From contig NC_045138.2 in assembly GCF_008831285.2 (NCBI RefSeq), forward strand, positions 42,842,001 through 42,906,000: 64,000 nt of DNA, in the 5' to 3' direction. The notes beneath the pieces are model-generated. The model did no database searches, had not been told where the DNA came from, and saw nothing but the letters and a program-made list of their open reading frames with translations. Every line of letters begins with the position of its first letter. Positions within the stretch are counted from its first letter, which is position 1. A program made the position numbers and the translations under genes. Positions 27,360 through 41,500 of this stretch are shown here, piece by piece. Origin of the DNA: Nymphaea colorata (lineage: Eukaryota).

Positions 27360-30300
27360 TGAAATAGAGCAGAACAGAGCAGAGAAAGGAACACACACAC
27401 AGAAAAGGTGAGAAGATTTCTTCACATTTCAATTGAGGGCTATGAACGCCCTTTTATAGAGCATCGATACAAGAATAATAACAAATGATGATGAAAAACA
27501 GAAATATCAGAGAATAGAATCAATTCTGTTAAAACGTAGCCACTTAGCTGCCTTCGCATCAGGGAGGAACCTTCTAGACTCTTGATCCAAACAACCTGCT
27601 AAAAAATTCAGAATTAGTGGCTAGGCTGAACCTAATTGCTAAGAGCCTCATAACTTAACACACCCCCTTCAAACTGGTGCATGGAGATTGCTCATGCCCA
27701 GTTTGCCTCTTAGAAACATGAATCTGTCCTTTGGGAGTGCCTTGGTAAAGATATCTGCCACTTGCAAGTTAGAAGGAATATGCTTGGTTGCTACAGTTTT
27801 GTTTTTCACCAAGTCACGGACTAAGTGACAGTCCAACTCAACATGTTTGGCCCTTTCGTGATGCACGGGATTGGCAGCCGTTTGTATGGCTGATTTATTG
27901 TCACACATTAGCAAGACTGGAGAACATTGTGAAACTTTTAGGTCCGACAGAAGATGTTTTAACCACAGAACTTCACATCACACATTGGCAAGAGACCTAT
28001 ATTCAGCTTCAACTGATGACCTTGAGATGGTGTGCTATTTTTTGGTCTTTCATGAGACAAGACTTTGGCCTAAGAAGACGCAATACCCAGTAATGGATCG
28101 ACGAGTGTCTTTGCATGCTGCCCAATCAGCATCGCAATAAGCAATTAGCTGATCATTGTCATTGCTTGAGAAAAGAAGACCTTGTCTAGGACTGTTCTTG
28201 AGGTAGCGTAGGACCTTGAGTGCTGAGTTGAAATGAACTGTGGTGGGATTTTGCATATGGCGACTGAGTGAGTGTACATTAAACATGATGTCGGGTCTGG
28301 TAATGGTTAGGTAGATCAAGCACCCAACCAATCTTCTAAATGTTGAGCCATCTTTTAGGGTTTCTCCATAGCTTGCTGACAGGTTCTGTCTGAACTACAT
28401 TGGTATATCAGTTGGCTTAGCATTGACCAATCCAGCTTCATCTAGAATATCGCATGTGTATTTTCTTTGTGAAAGAAAGATTCCCTGCTTGAAGCGAGAC
28501 AGTTCAAATCCTAGGAAGTATTTGAGGGTACCCAAGTCTTTCATATGAAATTGTTTGTTCAAATAATTCTTGAAGTCATCAATTCTTCCTTGATCATTTC
28601 CTGCAATAATTAAGTCATCTACGTGTACCAGTACAGCTAAGAACACTGACCTTTGATGCAATGTGAACAGTGAATAATCACTTTTCGATTGCTTGAAACC
28701 ATATGTGGCAATGGCTGAAGAGAATTTGGCAAACCAGTTGCAGGGAGCTTGTTTGAGTCCATAGATGGACTTGTTCATTTTGCAAATTCTATTTTCCTTT
28801 TTGCTGCCATAGCTCGGCGGCAGCATCATATATATATATATATATATATCTTCTTCAAGATCTCCATTTTAAAAAGCGTTGTAGACATCCAGTTGATGAA
28901 GCAGCCAATTTCTCTTTGCAGCTACTGATAGCAAGCATCATACAGTTGTCAATTTTGTTATGGGAGTGTATGTTTCATCGTAATCAATTCCTTCAATTTG
29001 TGTAAAGCCCTTTGCCACTAATCTGGCCTTGAATCGCTCTATTTCTCCATTTGATTTATATTTGATGCGATATATCCATTTGCAGGGAATTGGTTTGGCA
29101 CCTTGTGGCAGTTGAGTGAGCATCCATGTATTGTTGCTCTCCAATGCTTTTAGTTCATCTCGCATAGCATCTGTCCACCTAGAGTCCTGTATTGCTTGAC
29201 TATAGGATGAAGGTTCGGTATAGCAAGAGATATTTAAAAGGTAGGCAGCATGATAATCAGAGAAATTAGAGAAAGATAATGAATTGGAGAGAGGATACCT
29301 TGTGCTGGACCGATTTCCATATGAAGATTGGTTGAGTGACTTTAGGACAGTTGCATTGCAGTAAAAATCTCTCAAGAGTACTGATGGTCTGCGTAGCCTG
29401 GTGGAGCGTCTCAGTTCACAAGGTTGGGCAGTATTTGGCTGCATGGCTGTGCTGAAGTTAGGATGAGTTAATGAGTTTGGTTCAGGTTCAGTTTCAGTTT
29501 ATACAACTTGAGAGTTTTCGGTGGAGTCGGTTTCAAGATGGTTTTGATTTTGTGATTGAGAATGTGATTCTGATGAAGGGAAAGTTGTGTCATACTGAGG
29601 TGGCTGGGCCCTTGGGTTATTGGTGGCTAAACGACCATCAATTGGCTCCATGTGATCATCTGTAAGAGGCAGTGGAAGAACAGGTGATACTTGTGGTTTT
29701 TCAACAAGTTTAAATGGGAATATATTTTCGTAAAATATAACATCACGACTAGTGAAAACTCTTTTGGTTTGCAAATCACACACCTTGTAGGCTTTTTGTC
29801 CCTGAGGATAGCCCAAGAAGATGCATCGAATGGCTCTGGGATCAAACTTGGATTTGGGGTAAATGTTAGTTGCATAGCAAAGGCAACCAAAAGACATGAG
29901 GTGAGAATATTCTGGTTTCTTTCCCATTAAGATTTCATATGGTGTTTTGTTCTGCATAACGAGGATGGTGTTCTGCTTATTAAGTATACTGCTGTGAGAA
30001 CACACTCATCCCAGAAGATTAGCGGAACACTTGATTGGAATTTTAGTGCTCGGCGCAACATCAAGAATGTGTCGATGTTTCCTTTCGACAACACCGTTTT
30101 GTTGAGGGGTATAAACACATGAATGATGGTGTTCAATCCCCTTTTCAAGTAAAAAGGTTTTCAGATTGTCATAAAAAAATTCAGTGCCATTGCCTGATCT
30201 GATTTTCAGTACATTGGCGCTGAACTGATTTTTGCTCAAGTTTATAAAATTTTTCAGATGATAGGAAGTCTCACTTTTGTGTTTCATAAGGATGACCCAC

Positions 30301-32378
30301 ACAGTGCAAGAGAAATCATCAACCAAAGTCAGGAAATATTTTGCACCAGAGTGTGATGCTTCAGGGTATGGGCCCCAAATATCGCAGTGGACAAGTTAAA
30401 AAATAGCAGTAGAAACAGTTTCACTAGAGTTAAAAGGTAATCTGGTCTGTTTTGCCAGTTTACAAGTGTCACAATGCTTGTTCGACTGCTCAATACCAGA
30501 GTCATATTTCAAGAAGAGATGGCCTTTGGATATTGACGGGTGTCCTAGCCTTATGTGCCCCCTAGCCTTATGTGCCACATTTCTGGTGAGATAAACCTAC
30601 TACTGTGGAAGGCCATAGAGTTCAAGGAGTTGTTGAGGAAATTTGCAACATACAGTCCATTCCGCAAGTCACCCTGACCAGTCTTCATCATGGAGTTCCG
30701 GTCCTGCAAGAAGCAACACTCACCAAAGAAGGTAATAAGGCAATCAAGCTATTTGACAAGTTTGTTCACAGAAATCAGATTGAATTTGAAGTGAGGCAAG
30801 AAATAAACATTGTCAAGTGTTAAGCTAGGCGAAAGGACAGCCTGACCTATATGAGTAGCAAGGACAATTTTATCATTAGGTAATCGAATATGAAACGGAG
30901 TAGCCAAAGGAGTGGAGTTGGACATCAGTTCTAACGAAGATGACATGTGGTCGGTTGCACCACTGTCAAGAATCCAAGAATTGGTTTGATGAAGAGACAT
31001 ACCTGCAAAGTTCACTTGAGGTAGAAAAATGTCTTTCAGGAGTTGCCTAATTTTGATACACTCATCCACAGTCAGGGATTGGGTAGGCTCTTTGGCAGCT
31101 TCAATGCCAATTTAAGATGAACCAGCAGCATTGGATGCAGTGCCACATCCACCGTTCTTCTCTGAATCAACAACGCTGTTCGCAGTCGCACCCTTGTCAG
31201 CCCTCAACTTTGATCCTTTTGGGTTTGTGGGATAGTCCACTAATTTGAAGCAATGGTCTCTTGTGTGTTCAGAGATGTGATAGTAGTTGCAGAGGTATTG
31301 GTTTTTCCTGATCCCTTTGCTTCTCATTGATCTATTGTCTGAATTTGACAGCAAGCTCACATGTTCGACTGGATTGGAGGAGTTTCTCGCTTCACGCTAC
31401 TTCTCCTCTTGAAGAACCAGTGAGTAAACCTTAGAGATTGATGGCAGAGGGTCGATTAAAATGATCTGACCACAGATTGTGTTGTAGGAGTCGTTCAGAC
31501 CCATGAGAAACTGAATGACTTTGTCTTCTTGCTGGTTGACAAATATTTTGCTCAGAGCACCACATGAACAGTTAGGTAAAATATCATAAGGGTCCAGCTC
31601 ATCCCACAATGCTTTCAATCGACAGATGGCAGATTTGATTTGGTATTTTCTGGGAGCAGTGCTTTGGGTGAATCTTTCTTTGAGGTCGTTCCAGACTTCT
31701 ATTGCCGTTGAGGCATAGATAACACTGTGCATAAGATCAGGAGAAATGGAATTTAAGAGCCAGGAAAGTACCATGTGATTCCAGCGATTCCACAGACAAT
31801 ACTCAGGTGCCAAGGATTTGGGTTGAGGAAGACTGCCATCTACAAACGAGGTCTTGTTCTTGGCTGAGAGAGCCATGAGCATTGCACGGCTCCAAGTTGC
31901 ATAGTTTTCACCCGTCAGAAGTTGAGAGACCAATACAGTCCCAGGGTTGTCCGAGTGATGCAGAAAAAAAGGGCTTGAGAAGTCAACAGAGTTGATATCA
32001 GTTGCAGCCTCAGAAATTGGTTGGACAGGAGGTATTTGTGTGTTTGCCATGGTTCAATGCTCTGATACCATGATAAACTGCAGTGGAGCATAACAGAGCA
32101 GAGAAAGGAACACACACAGAGAAAAGGTGAGAAGATTTCTTCACATTTCAATTAAAGGCTATGAACGCCCTTTTATAGAGCATCGATACAAGAATAATAA
32201 CAAATGATGATGAAAAACAGAAAAATCAGAGAATAGAATCAATTCTGTTCAAACGTAACCATTAGCTGCCTTCTCATCAGGGGGGAACCTTCTAGACTCT
32301 TGATCCAAACAACCTGCTAATAAATTCAGAATTAGTGGCTAGGCTCAACCTAATTGCTAAGAGCCTCATAACTTAACA
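27360..32378 (-). mobile_element. Full-length Ty1/copia LTR retrotransposon (Ale/Retrofit-like), coding region inactivated
   Basis: LTRs 32071-32378 and 27360-27660; PBS (minus strand TGGTATCAGAGC) 32059-32070; PPT AAGGGGG ~27663-27669; TSD GAGAG (27355-27359, 32379-32383). Confidence 0.96.
27669..32050 (-). pseudogene. copia gag-pol polyprotein, disrupted
   Basis: Gag SPFFLHHSDNPG...LTGENYATWSRAM; protease WILDSGATDHM; integrase PQQNGVVERKHRH; RT KARLVAKGFTQ and HVDDLII; RNase H CDADWA and QVADIFTKAL. About 10 ORF fragments. Confidence 0.95.
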
Positions 32379-32841
32379 GAGAGAGAGAGAGGGAAGGAAG
32401 AAGCATGGAGACAGAAAGAGGAACTCACTACGGTGTTGAATGGAGTAGATTATCGGTGGATGAACTTAACTGCACCAGTTTCAAGGAAAAAAAAGACGCA
32501 CCAATTGAAAACATAGGATGAGAAAAAAAGAGAGAGAAGAAGAATAAGACGAAGAAGAAAGGGACTCACCTGCAACTCCACTGCTTGACTGGAGAAGAAC
32601 CAGTCCCAATCTTGCAGTCTCGATCAAATCTTCTTATAATAGCGCCAGAAATGGGGGTCATGAGGCAGGGAGAAAGAGAAATAGGAAATAGTGGTATATG
32701 ATAGAGGAAGAGGAAGGAAGAGGAAGAGGAAGAGGAAAAGAGGAAGAAGAGAGGGTAATATGGAGTGAGAGGGAACCAGTAGGAGAGGGGTAGGGTGACC
32801 TGTGAGTTGTTGTCGAGGGCAGCTTTGGAAGCTCCAATGCC

Positions 32842-33128
32842 TGTTCCATTGTTTACTGTTTCGAACCAAACCACGGAACAAGGAGGAACATGGGGATATT
32901 TATACCACATGTTCCAGGCCAGTCTATCCCTTGGGTTCATTGTCCGTGGTTTGAGTCTCCATGAAAAATTTAGAGCATGTCCTATCCATTCCTAGCTGTT
33001 CCATGCATATCAAACAGCTTCTTATTATCATGGGGTTAAAGGCTAATGAACCAAGAACTCTCCATCTTTCTCTCTCTCTCTCTTTTTCTCTTTCTTTCTT
33101 CCTCTCTACCGTAACATGGCATCAGAGC
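32842..33128 (+). mobile_element. LTR + PBS remnant of another LTR element
   Basis: ...CCGTAACA (33116) directly followed by TGGCATCAGAGC (1 mismatch to the iMet PBS); CT-rich tract upstream; no intact gag downstream. Left boundary tentative. Confidence 0.55.
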
Positions 33129-35379
33129 CGATACTCTTGGGTGCATCTGATACTTGATTTATCTTCGACTCATTCTTCATCTTCTTCTTTGCCATACTCT
33201 TATCTCACATAGATTCTTATTATCTTGGGCACCACATTTATGACATCCTCTCCCAGCATGATCTAGGGACTTTTGTTCTTTTAAAGCCCTACATTGATGC
33301 CTTCTTGAAGTTGTCGGCTTTGTGTGGATACTTCTCCTGCATGTTTGTAGGAGGTTGCTGATGGATGCCAGGAGATCTGCATCAGATTCTATAATGCGAG
33401 ACTGATTTTCAACTGATTCATGGAGGCTGATTTAGTCCTTAGCTGCCCTTGAAGTTGCTTGTTCCAGTTTATGTCATCAGATCATCCTTATCCTTGGTGA
33501 TGTCTATAAAACTCACATTGCCTCTTACGTACTACAGCAGTTTCATGTTTGGTTACTGTGTAGGTGTGGTCCTTTGTTTTTGTTGACGTCAACGTCAGCT
33601 AATGTACATTGAATATAGTAAACTTGTCTGCCGGCTGTTTCATGTCATTATTATTTGCCCGTGATTTGTAATACCTATCAATCTCCCTTAGGAATTTTAT
33701 ATTTTTACCTCGGGGGTCAATCCAAAAGAAAGGTATAAGACACACTAACACCTGACAACATTGTAATCTTGATATAAAATGCTATTATGGGAGGGGGAAA
33801 AAATTTGAGGTGGAATTTCCAAGATCACATTGGGATATGCAATTAAAATCTCCATGGAAGGGTATTTTGGGACATTATTTGAACAGAAAATATTTTTTAA
33901 GGCTGATTATTGTAAAGAAAAATTTTGTGGGAGTGAAAAGGCGAGTTGGGGAGCTATTAAAGATTATTCGAAGAAAACAATTTAATAGAGTTAAGAAAAA
34001 CGTGGAGAGAACTATGGTGGACAAGACTGGGAACCAGATCCAAACTTCAACCATTTGGGCATCGAGTTCGATGCCCGATGGTTAGAGACACAACATAAGG
34101 GCGACTTCAACTCGACGCCCTTAAATTTGACATCAAGTATTCTGAAAAAAAAAAAAATGAAGAGAGCAAGCAGAGGCAGACAAAAAAGAAGGGGAGGAAA
34201 AGCGGCAACAAGGGAGGTAAGTTGTGCGCTTCTCTCTCTCTTTTTTGCTTGTCTATCTCTCTCTCACTCTCTTTTCTGGCTAGCTGATGCCAGTTTTGGG
34301 GAAAACCTATCATTACCTTTTCCAAGACCTATCAGCTTCGAGTTTGGACTACCAGCAGCACACTTTGGACTCCATCGGTAGTTTGATGTGAATCAATGAG
34401 TATGTGTTGTCAAATGATGCACAAAATGGGTGACTTGCATGCAGAGTTTAAGATTGAGGGTTGCCTTGTGGGTATTGTTTCTCAATGTGATCTGAATTGA
34501 CACCTAGGCCTGGTCCACTTCTACTTAGTCGAATTATCAAATGTGACTTTTAATCTGATGGAATTTATGAGCTCTGTAGACTACCGAAATTAATGGAAGA
34601 AGTTTTGCCTCATTCTGGGCAGTCATAGGTAGACCATATACATCATTTTAGGCTGGATTTGAATAGTATTTATGCTTGCTCCATGTCCCAGTCCTTTTTT
34701 CTACTTTACGAATGTTAATTTATTGATGTTCAGCATGATGAGGTGACTGCTAAGAGAGTTTTAGTGCATGGTTGTCTGTTATGACTGGGTTTTCAACGCA
34801 AATGGCAGTTTGTAAATGTTTGTGTTTGCCTTGTGAAAATTGAAGAATGTGATTATTCTGCTTGCCCGATGATTCTACCCTTTTGGACATCCCAAATGTC
34901 ATTTTTTGTTGTGTTCCGGAACTGATGAATTTTTAGGGCTGTCAATAGAATAAATCTAAGGTTGTCTAAGTATGCAAACAAGATTATTCTTCATGAATGA
35001 ATTGATCAATAGTATGCAAAATAATTGGTGAGTTTACTGTTGCATATTGCTAGATTTTTATATTGGGTAAGCTCATGCATAATTGCATCGATTTATTTAT
35101 CCCTTGGCCACTCGAAACTGGCAAGTAATCACTGAAATCTGTGGTTAATGATTTTTAGAATAATGTATCTGTCTTTCAGACCCAAGAATTTAATATTTTC
35201 CCCTGCTTGGAGTCTCAGTTCTCTAAGTATAGATAATCGGCAAGCATGTTTCTACGATGTGCAATGCTTCCCTTCACAAGCTTGGATGGTGATCTATTTT
35301 GGTATGGTTATTGATTTTATGTTTCATGGTTCATGGAATTGGAGCGTACTGCACATAGGCTAACAATTGGTCTAGAATT

Positions 35380-35589
35380 GCACACACACACATATGTGTA
35401 TATATAACTACATAATATACACATATATGTATATATCACACACACACACACACACACGTGTGTGTGCATATATATATAACTACATAATATACACATATAT
35501 GTATATATCACACACACACACACATATATATAAGTGTGTGTATGTGTGTGTGTAATATATATATATGTGTGCGTGTGTGTGTTTTATAT
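35380..35589. repeat. Compound (CA)n/(TA)n/(TG)n microsatellite with an internal duplication; left flank of the viral locus
   Basis: TATATAACTACATAATATACACATATATGTATATATCACACAC occurs twice within dinucleotide runs. Confidence 0.9.
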
Positions 35590-38500
35590 TATCAAAAAGT
35601 TACAAGTTTGTTCATTTGGGACAAATCGACGTCTTGGTGAGGTCTTGTTTTAAATACGAGTTAAATGTGATGTATTTAATATCATTGCTAGACGTTCGCC
35701 ATGTTGATTGGTGGTAAGCCCTTATTTGCCAATTTACAGGAACATTATCAAAGGATGAACTATGTTGTGTACAACCAAACTTTATGATGTCACTATAAGA
35801 TTCTCACTTACAAGCATTTGTCCTTTGCGTCCAGATCAAAAAGGTAACTTTGGTTGCCAAATTAATATATGCTACCATAGCTTCGAGATGCACCACCAAA
35901 ATCTTCTCCAGAGTAACATCACCAATTTCAGGCTGGTCTATGGAGTAAACTTTCCTCTGTTCATGGACAAAAGTATTGTGCAAGTAGGAATGGAGATCTC
36001 AAACGAAGGGTTTCTACAAGGGTATCTAACAATTGAGGAGTTTTTGTGGCACCAAAAGTACAAAGAAAAGAAAACCTGGAATGATATATTCACAAAATAT
36101 CTGGAAAACATGCATACAGGTAGTCTCAATTGCAGCTGCAACCAACAAGGTCACTTAACCTGCCTCCAGTACTTCCAATCATAAAAAAATTTTCTAAGGA
36201 GAAATCATCATCTAATAGGTAAAAATGATGAAAATGACATCACCCAGAGCAAAAAAAAAAATGGAAAGACCAAACTATGTTCTAGGTGGATAATGATCTC
36301 TTAAAAGTGACCTATACTACTAGAATGATACATGAGATTTACAATGGAATGCTCAATTTCAAGGTAGACGTAAACTATCTACTATTTCACTCGGCCAAGT
36401 CATTGAAAACATAAGATGACAATACTAGGCAACTCAACTATCTTATCAATTGGAGCACGTATGTAGAAAATCACTTTAAGAGGATTGAAGAACAACTCCA
36501 AACCATCGATGATAACATGGAAATGATAAAGTCTCTCCTAGACGTGCAGAGAAAGGAGTTTACGACATGAGAAACAGATGCCTTAAAAGTACATTCCAAA
36601 AACCTATCGATCAAATAGATTATCCCTACTCATCAAGTAGTCAACCAAAGCCCGACATATAAAGATTTTTATCTTATACCAAATTTTGGAAATGCTGAGG
36701 ATTCTAAAGGCCATATGAGGATGTTCTAGAGTTAGTTTCAAAATCAGCGGTCAGAGGTTAAAATGCATGTGATCTCAATAGGATAAAAAATACCAATTCT
36801 AAATATCGATACATGCCCAACCATCAAAATCGCAGAAGTAATTCGACTATGAGCTCAACACCTGTATATGGTGGTTACTCAAAAAAGGATGTCTCTAGAA
36901 AGTGCGTGGAAAATACTATCCTTTACCTTCTCAGGTCAAGGAAGAAATTGGTGGAAGTTTCTACCGTACTCAAAAAAGCAAGAGATCATGCAAGAAGACC
37001 TACCAGTATTGAGAAACCATATAATTTTGGAGTTTTAAACCAACCTACTAATACAACTAGCCATCAGACTGACTTATACTCACAAAAAGAAAGTAGAAGG
37101 ATCTGATCTTTTTCAAAGAATATGCTGAAGATTATCTCAACGAAGCATCTCGCTTAGGAGCACATGTACTGCGAACAATTTGTATGTCCTTTTCTCAGCC
37201 TCTTTGCCAAAATCACTTGGCAATATAGTATTGGATGAGCTATCCAATCCCAAATGTATTGGTAAAAGGTTTAATCCTTGTAGATCTGCAACAGTTAGTC
37301 TGACAAGAAATCAAAAAGTTATGTTATAGAAATCAGGCAAAAATTGAATTGCCCAGAGTCGAAAAAAATATATGTAGCCAAAAAATCAATGCTAAAAATA
37401 TTCAAGCCAAATTTTAGAAGAACCAAAACAAAAAGGTAGTTCAAGACCTATAGATTCTTTTGGAGACAAAGAAACAATGACAAAAAAAGGATGACAGGTG
37501 TTTTGCTTGTAAAAGGAAGGGCAATTATGCCAACAAATGCTCTAGCAGAACTCCTAAACAGTTCAAGATGATATTTGAAGTCCTGGAGTTTGAATAAGAT
37601 TGAGATTTAATAGAAAATGATGATGAATTTGAAGTGTATCTTAAACACAAATGTGTTTCAACTAGAAATTGAAGAAGACGATGAAACACTAAGTATCATT
37701 AGCATTTCAGAAACATTTTCAGTAGCAGAAGGGTGAATCTGCATGGTATCAAAAAAGGAAGAAGAAGGTACAATAGTTTAGATAGAGTCAGAGTCTACAC
37801 CAGAGGAGTTAGTCTCTAGAAGTGAATTTTGCATTAACCAACAAGTACAAAATCATCCACAGTGGAAGTAGTGAAAAGACCACAAACTCGAAGGAATCAC
37901 TTCTTCTAAGATAGAAAAAATCTATTCAAATGAAGAAGTCCTTGTAGCCCTAAAGCACAGCGTCAGAGAAAGAAGCAAAAGCTATGCAAGAGAAAGGTAC
38001 AACTCCTATTACCTTACGGAATTTTACACCAAAAAATAGTCTTAAAAATTCAAAGGTAAGGTGAATAAAAAAAATGTCTCTATCCAACATTTTCATTATT
38101 ATTCCAGTCGAAATTGCTATGGATAAAAAAAGAAAAATGAAAAAAAAAGACAAGCCTTCATTGATACAAGTGAAAACATGCATTTTTGCAAAAAGAGAGA
38201 TAATTAGTACTGACTATATTATCTTGAAGGAACCAAAGTAGAAATGATGAATGGAAAATGAAGGCTATATAATTTTTCCTTAAATATACTGTAAAAATAA
38301 AAGAGAAAATGATTAATGCAAACTTTGTATAGATCGACGATGCGAGACATGACATCGGGTTTAGATCAGTTACATTAGATGAAATTGGTCCATATACTAT
38401 CTGTAGAGATGACGTAATCTTCAAAACCGGGAAAGAACAAGAGGTAGTCTCATGTTTGTTTGCCGCTTTCAAAAGAAGGCAAAAAAACAAAAGACAAAAA

Positions 38501-41500
38501 ATAGGCCAAGACAAAGGAAATGACTCTACTTCAGGAAACAAGAACTTAAATTTGAAGAAGCAGAGAAAATCAGGGATATTAAAACCATAAATTTACTATC
38601 AATACAAAGAATAAAAGACACAGATAGTATCTTACAAAAACCAGGGCTATTAAAACCAAGAATAAAAATCAGTGCTATTAAAACCAAGAATTTACTATCG
38701 TACAAAAATTCACCCAGGTCTAATTGTAGGGTCTGAACTAGACGAAAAAGAAATTATTTCACAGATCAATGAATTAAAAGACAAAGGCCTGATTAGAAAA
38801 TCAAAATCATACTATGCAAGCACAAGCTTCATAGTAAGGAATCACATAAATATGAAAATAGGAAAAACAAGAATGGTAGTCATCTATATTCTTCTAAACA
38901 ATGTGACAATTGACATAAAGTTATCGTTGCCCAACAAGGATGCATTGGTATAAAGGTCAGCCCAAGAGAAAATATTTTCAAATTTTGATTGCAAATTTGG
39001 AGAGTACCAGATCAAGATTGCAGAACAAGATATACAACATTCTACACTCCACTTGATTGTATGAATGCTTGTCATGCCATTCGGTCTTAAAATGTACCAT
39101 CACAAGTTTAACGAAGAATGAATGAAATTTTTAGAGGGTATGATTTTATAAACATTTTTGTTGATAATTTTTTGATAGACTTACATACGGTAGAAGAACC
39201 TCTGCAACATCTAAAACTCTTCGCAAAGATATGTGTCAAATTGCAAATGGTAGAACCTCTATAGCATCTACTTCGCTGTGATATGTGTCAAACATGTCAT
39301 TAGACTATCAAAGAGGGAAAGAACTACTATGTAGAAGATTAAACAATTCGCAAATCAGCTAAGAGATAAGTTGCAGTGCTAGAGGATTCTCGAATGCCTA
39401 AACTATGTAGGAAGTTATATTCAAAATCTCTCACATAAAATACATGTAATTCGAAAGTGATGAACCAAAAACCTTATGAATGAAATAAAGCTGTCACAAC
39501 GGCAATGATCTCTTTGAAAGAGGAATGCCAAAAATTGCTAGAATTAGAACCAACATTTTTTGGGCCCTTTGTCTTGTCAACTGATGCATCCAATGATAAA
39601 GAAAATGTGTGTTTTTATACAAGTAGACAATTCAAGTCCAATAAAATCACCTACTAGTCTACCAAAAAAGAAATCTTATGGAAATCAGGGGATTAAAAAA
39701 GTTTCATCTTTATCTGATAGGGAAAAAGCTTATTTTGAGGACATATTCACAAAATCTATTAGTTTTGCTTTAAAAAATCACTAGCAGTTCAAAACTATAA
39801 AGATTCACATGGTGGCCATTTCGTTATCTCAATATGATTTCACCATTGATTTGGTCAAATGCATACATCATTCTTTGCTAGACGCACTCACTCACCTAAG
39901 AATGTTAAATGATGAGATCAACAGGGTGGCAATGGAAAGATTGGCAGATAGATATGCCTGAACAAAGATGAAAGAGTTGCCAAAAATTAGAAAGCTATAT
40001 CCAAAACTTGTAGATGCAGTGGAAGACAAATATCCAAATCTGGATTGCTACTACATCGCAACAAGAAGAATTAACTACGTCATAAACAATCTTAACTGGA
40101 CATTATTTGAAGTTGAGAAATTATCATGGGTTAATGAGATTGTATGCTAATCTTATTTTTAGAATTTTTTTTAATTTTATTGTAGGACCCAGATGAAAAG
40201 AAACACTATGTCGAAAATTTCAGAGAATCACTTCGTCGACTCCCTAGAAGTAACAATTTTTCAAGACGAAGATCTCATCTATAAAAATATCCCAAAGACA
40301 AAAGAAATTGCAGGAAGTTGTATACATCATTGGAGCAAACCACTAGAGCAATTCACAAGTGTCAGAATTGTCAAATCTAGACAAAAGGCTTCTGCCTCCC
40401 TCGTGAAGCTGATGTATGAGAATATTGGAATCTGAGGTAGGGATCAGTGAGACAAAAGAATAAATCTAAAACTTTGACAACATGTGAGAATATATTTGAA
40501 GCCACAAGTAGAATGGTGAGTCATTTATCCATATTTATGAGTCATTTTATCTTTTTGTAAATCTATCAAATCTTATAAAGTATTGTTCGCACCATAATGC
40601 AGTGAACATGGTCACTCTATGCTTTTGATTGTATTAGGCATACGTTAGTGCATGTCTTTCAGCTTTAGTTTTGACATTGCGAATGTATTCACTCAAATGA
40701 TTGATGTGTTATACATAGATATTTATGAGGCCATTACAAGGCATGAGTCTTTTACCATCAATCTTGTGCCTTGAGCCAAAACTTTTCAACCATTCATTTG
40801 CTTTGAGCGAAGAGAGATGTGAGGTTTGAGTGGAATTCATCTTTGCTAACATTAGGTTTCATTATCTAATGGCAAACCTTCAGTGGTTTTGTGCAACCAC
40901 AGTATCTCATCTCTATGAATCCAAAGCAGCTTTCCGTGAAGTCCTATAGCACTGATCATTACTGTAGCACCCTCACCCTTCACCCTTAGTTGTGTCCCTT
41001 TTGCCCTTTCCTTCGCCCCTTCTCTTCTTTCCTTCACCCCTTCTCCCTTTGGTATCAAAGCCATAACCTCTTCCTCTAGCTATCCCATGAATCGTTACCT
41101 TGCCCATTGGTCTCCTATTCCCACATTACCTATGCCCCAATCCTCGCACTTTATCAAACAATATACCGATTGTTATGGTGAAGATCCTATACAACTTGGT
41201 CAGAAACCTGCCTACAACCAAGTAGTTGACCTCTTTGAACAGTGATACATTCAAGGTGCAAAATTCTGGAGCCTTAGGGATCACTATCCTAAGGGAGTGC
41301 CAGAGCAAACCTACAAGTACAAGTGTGTAGAAGTCTCACAACTATCCCAAAGGTCACCTGCAGATCCTTGGAGCAAACACAAAATCCTTTTTGCCTTGAA
41401 CAAAGCAATGCTTCTATCATAGAATGGTTCAACCCCAATTGAAGAATGGCAAGAACTAGCTTTCTGCATTCAAGATATTACAGGTTGGGGAGGATAGTTT

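Noticed and set aside
34056..34122. Two adjacent palindromes (GGGCATCGA-GT-TCGATGCCC; AAGGGCG...CGCCCTT) as a Helitron 3' hairpin
   Set aside because: No CTRR terminus at the expected distance on either strand.
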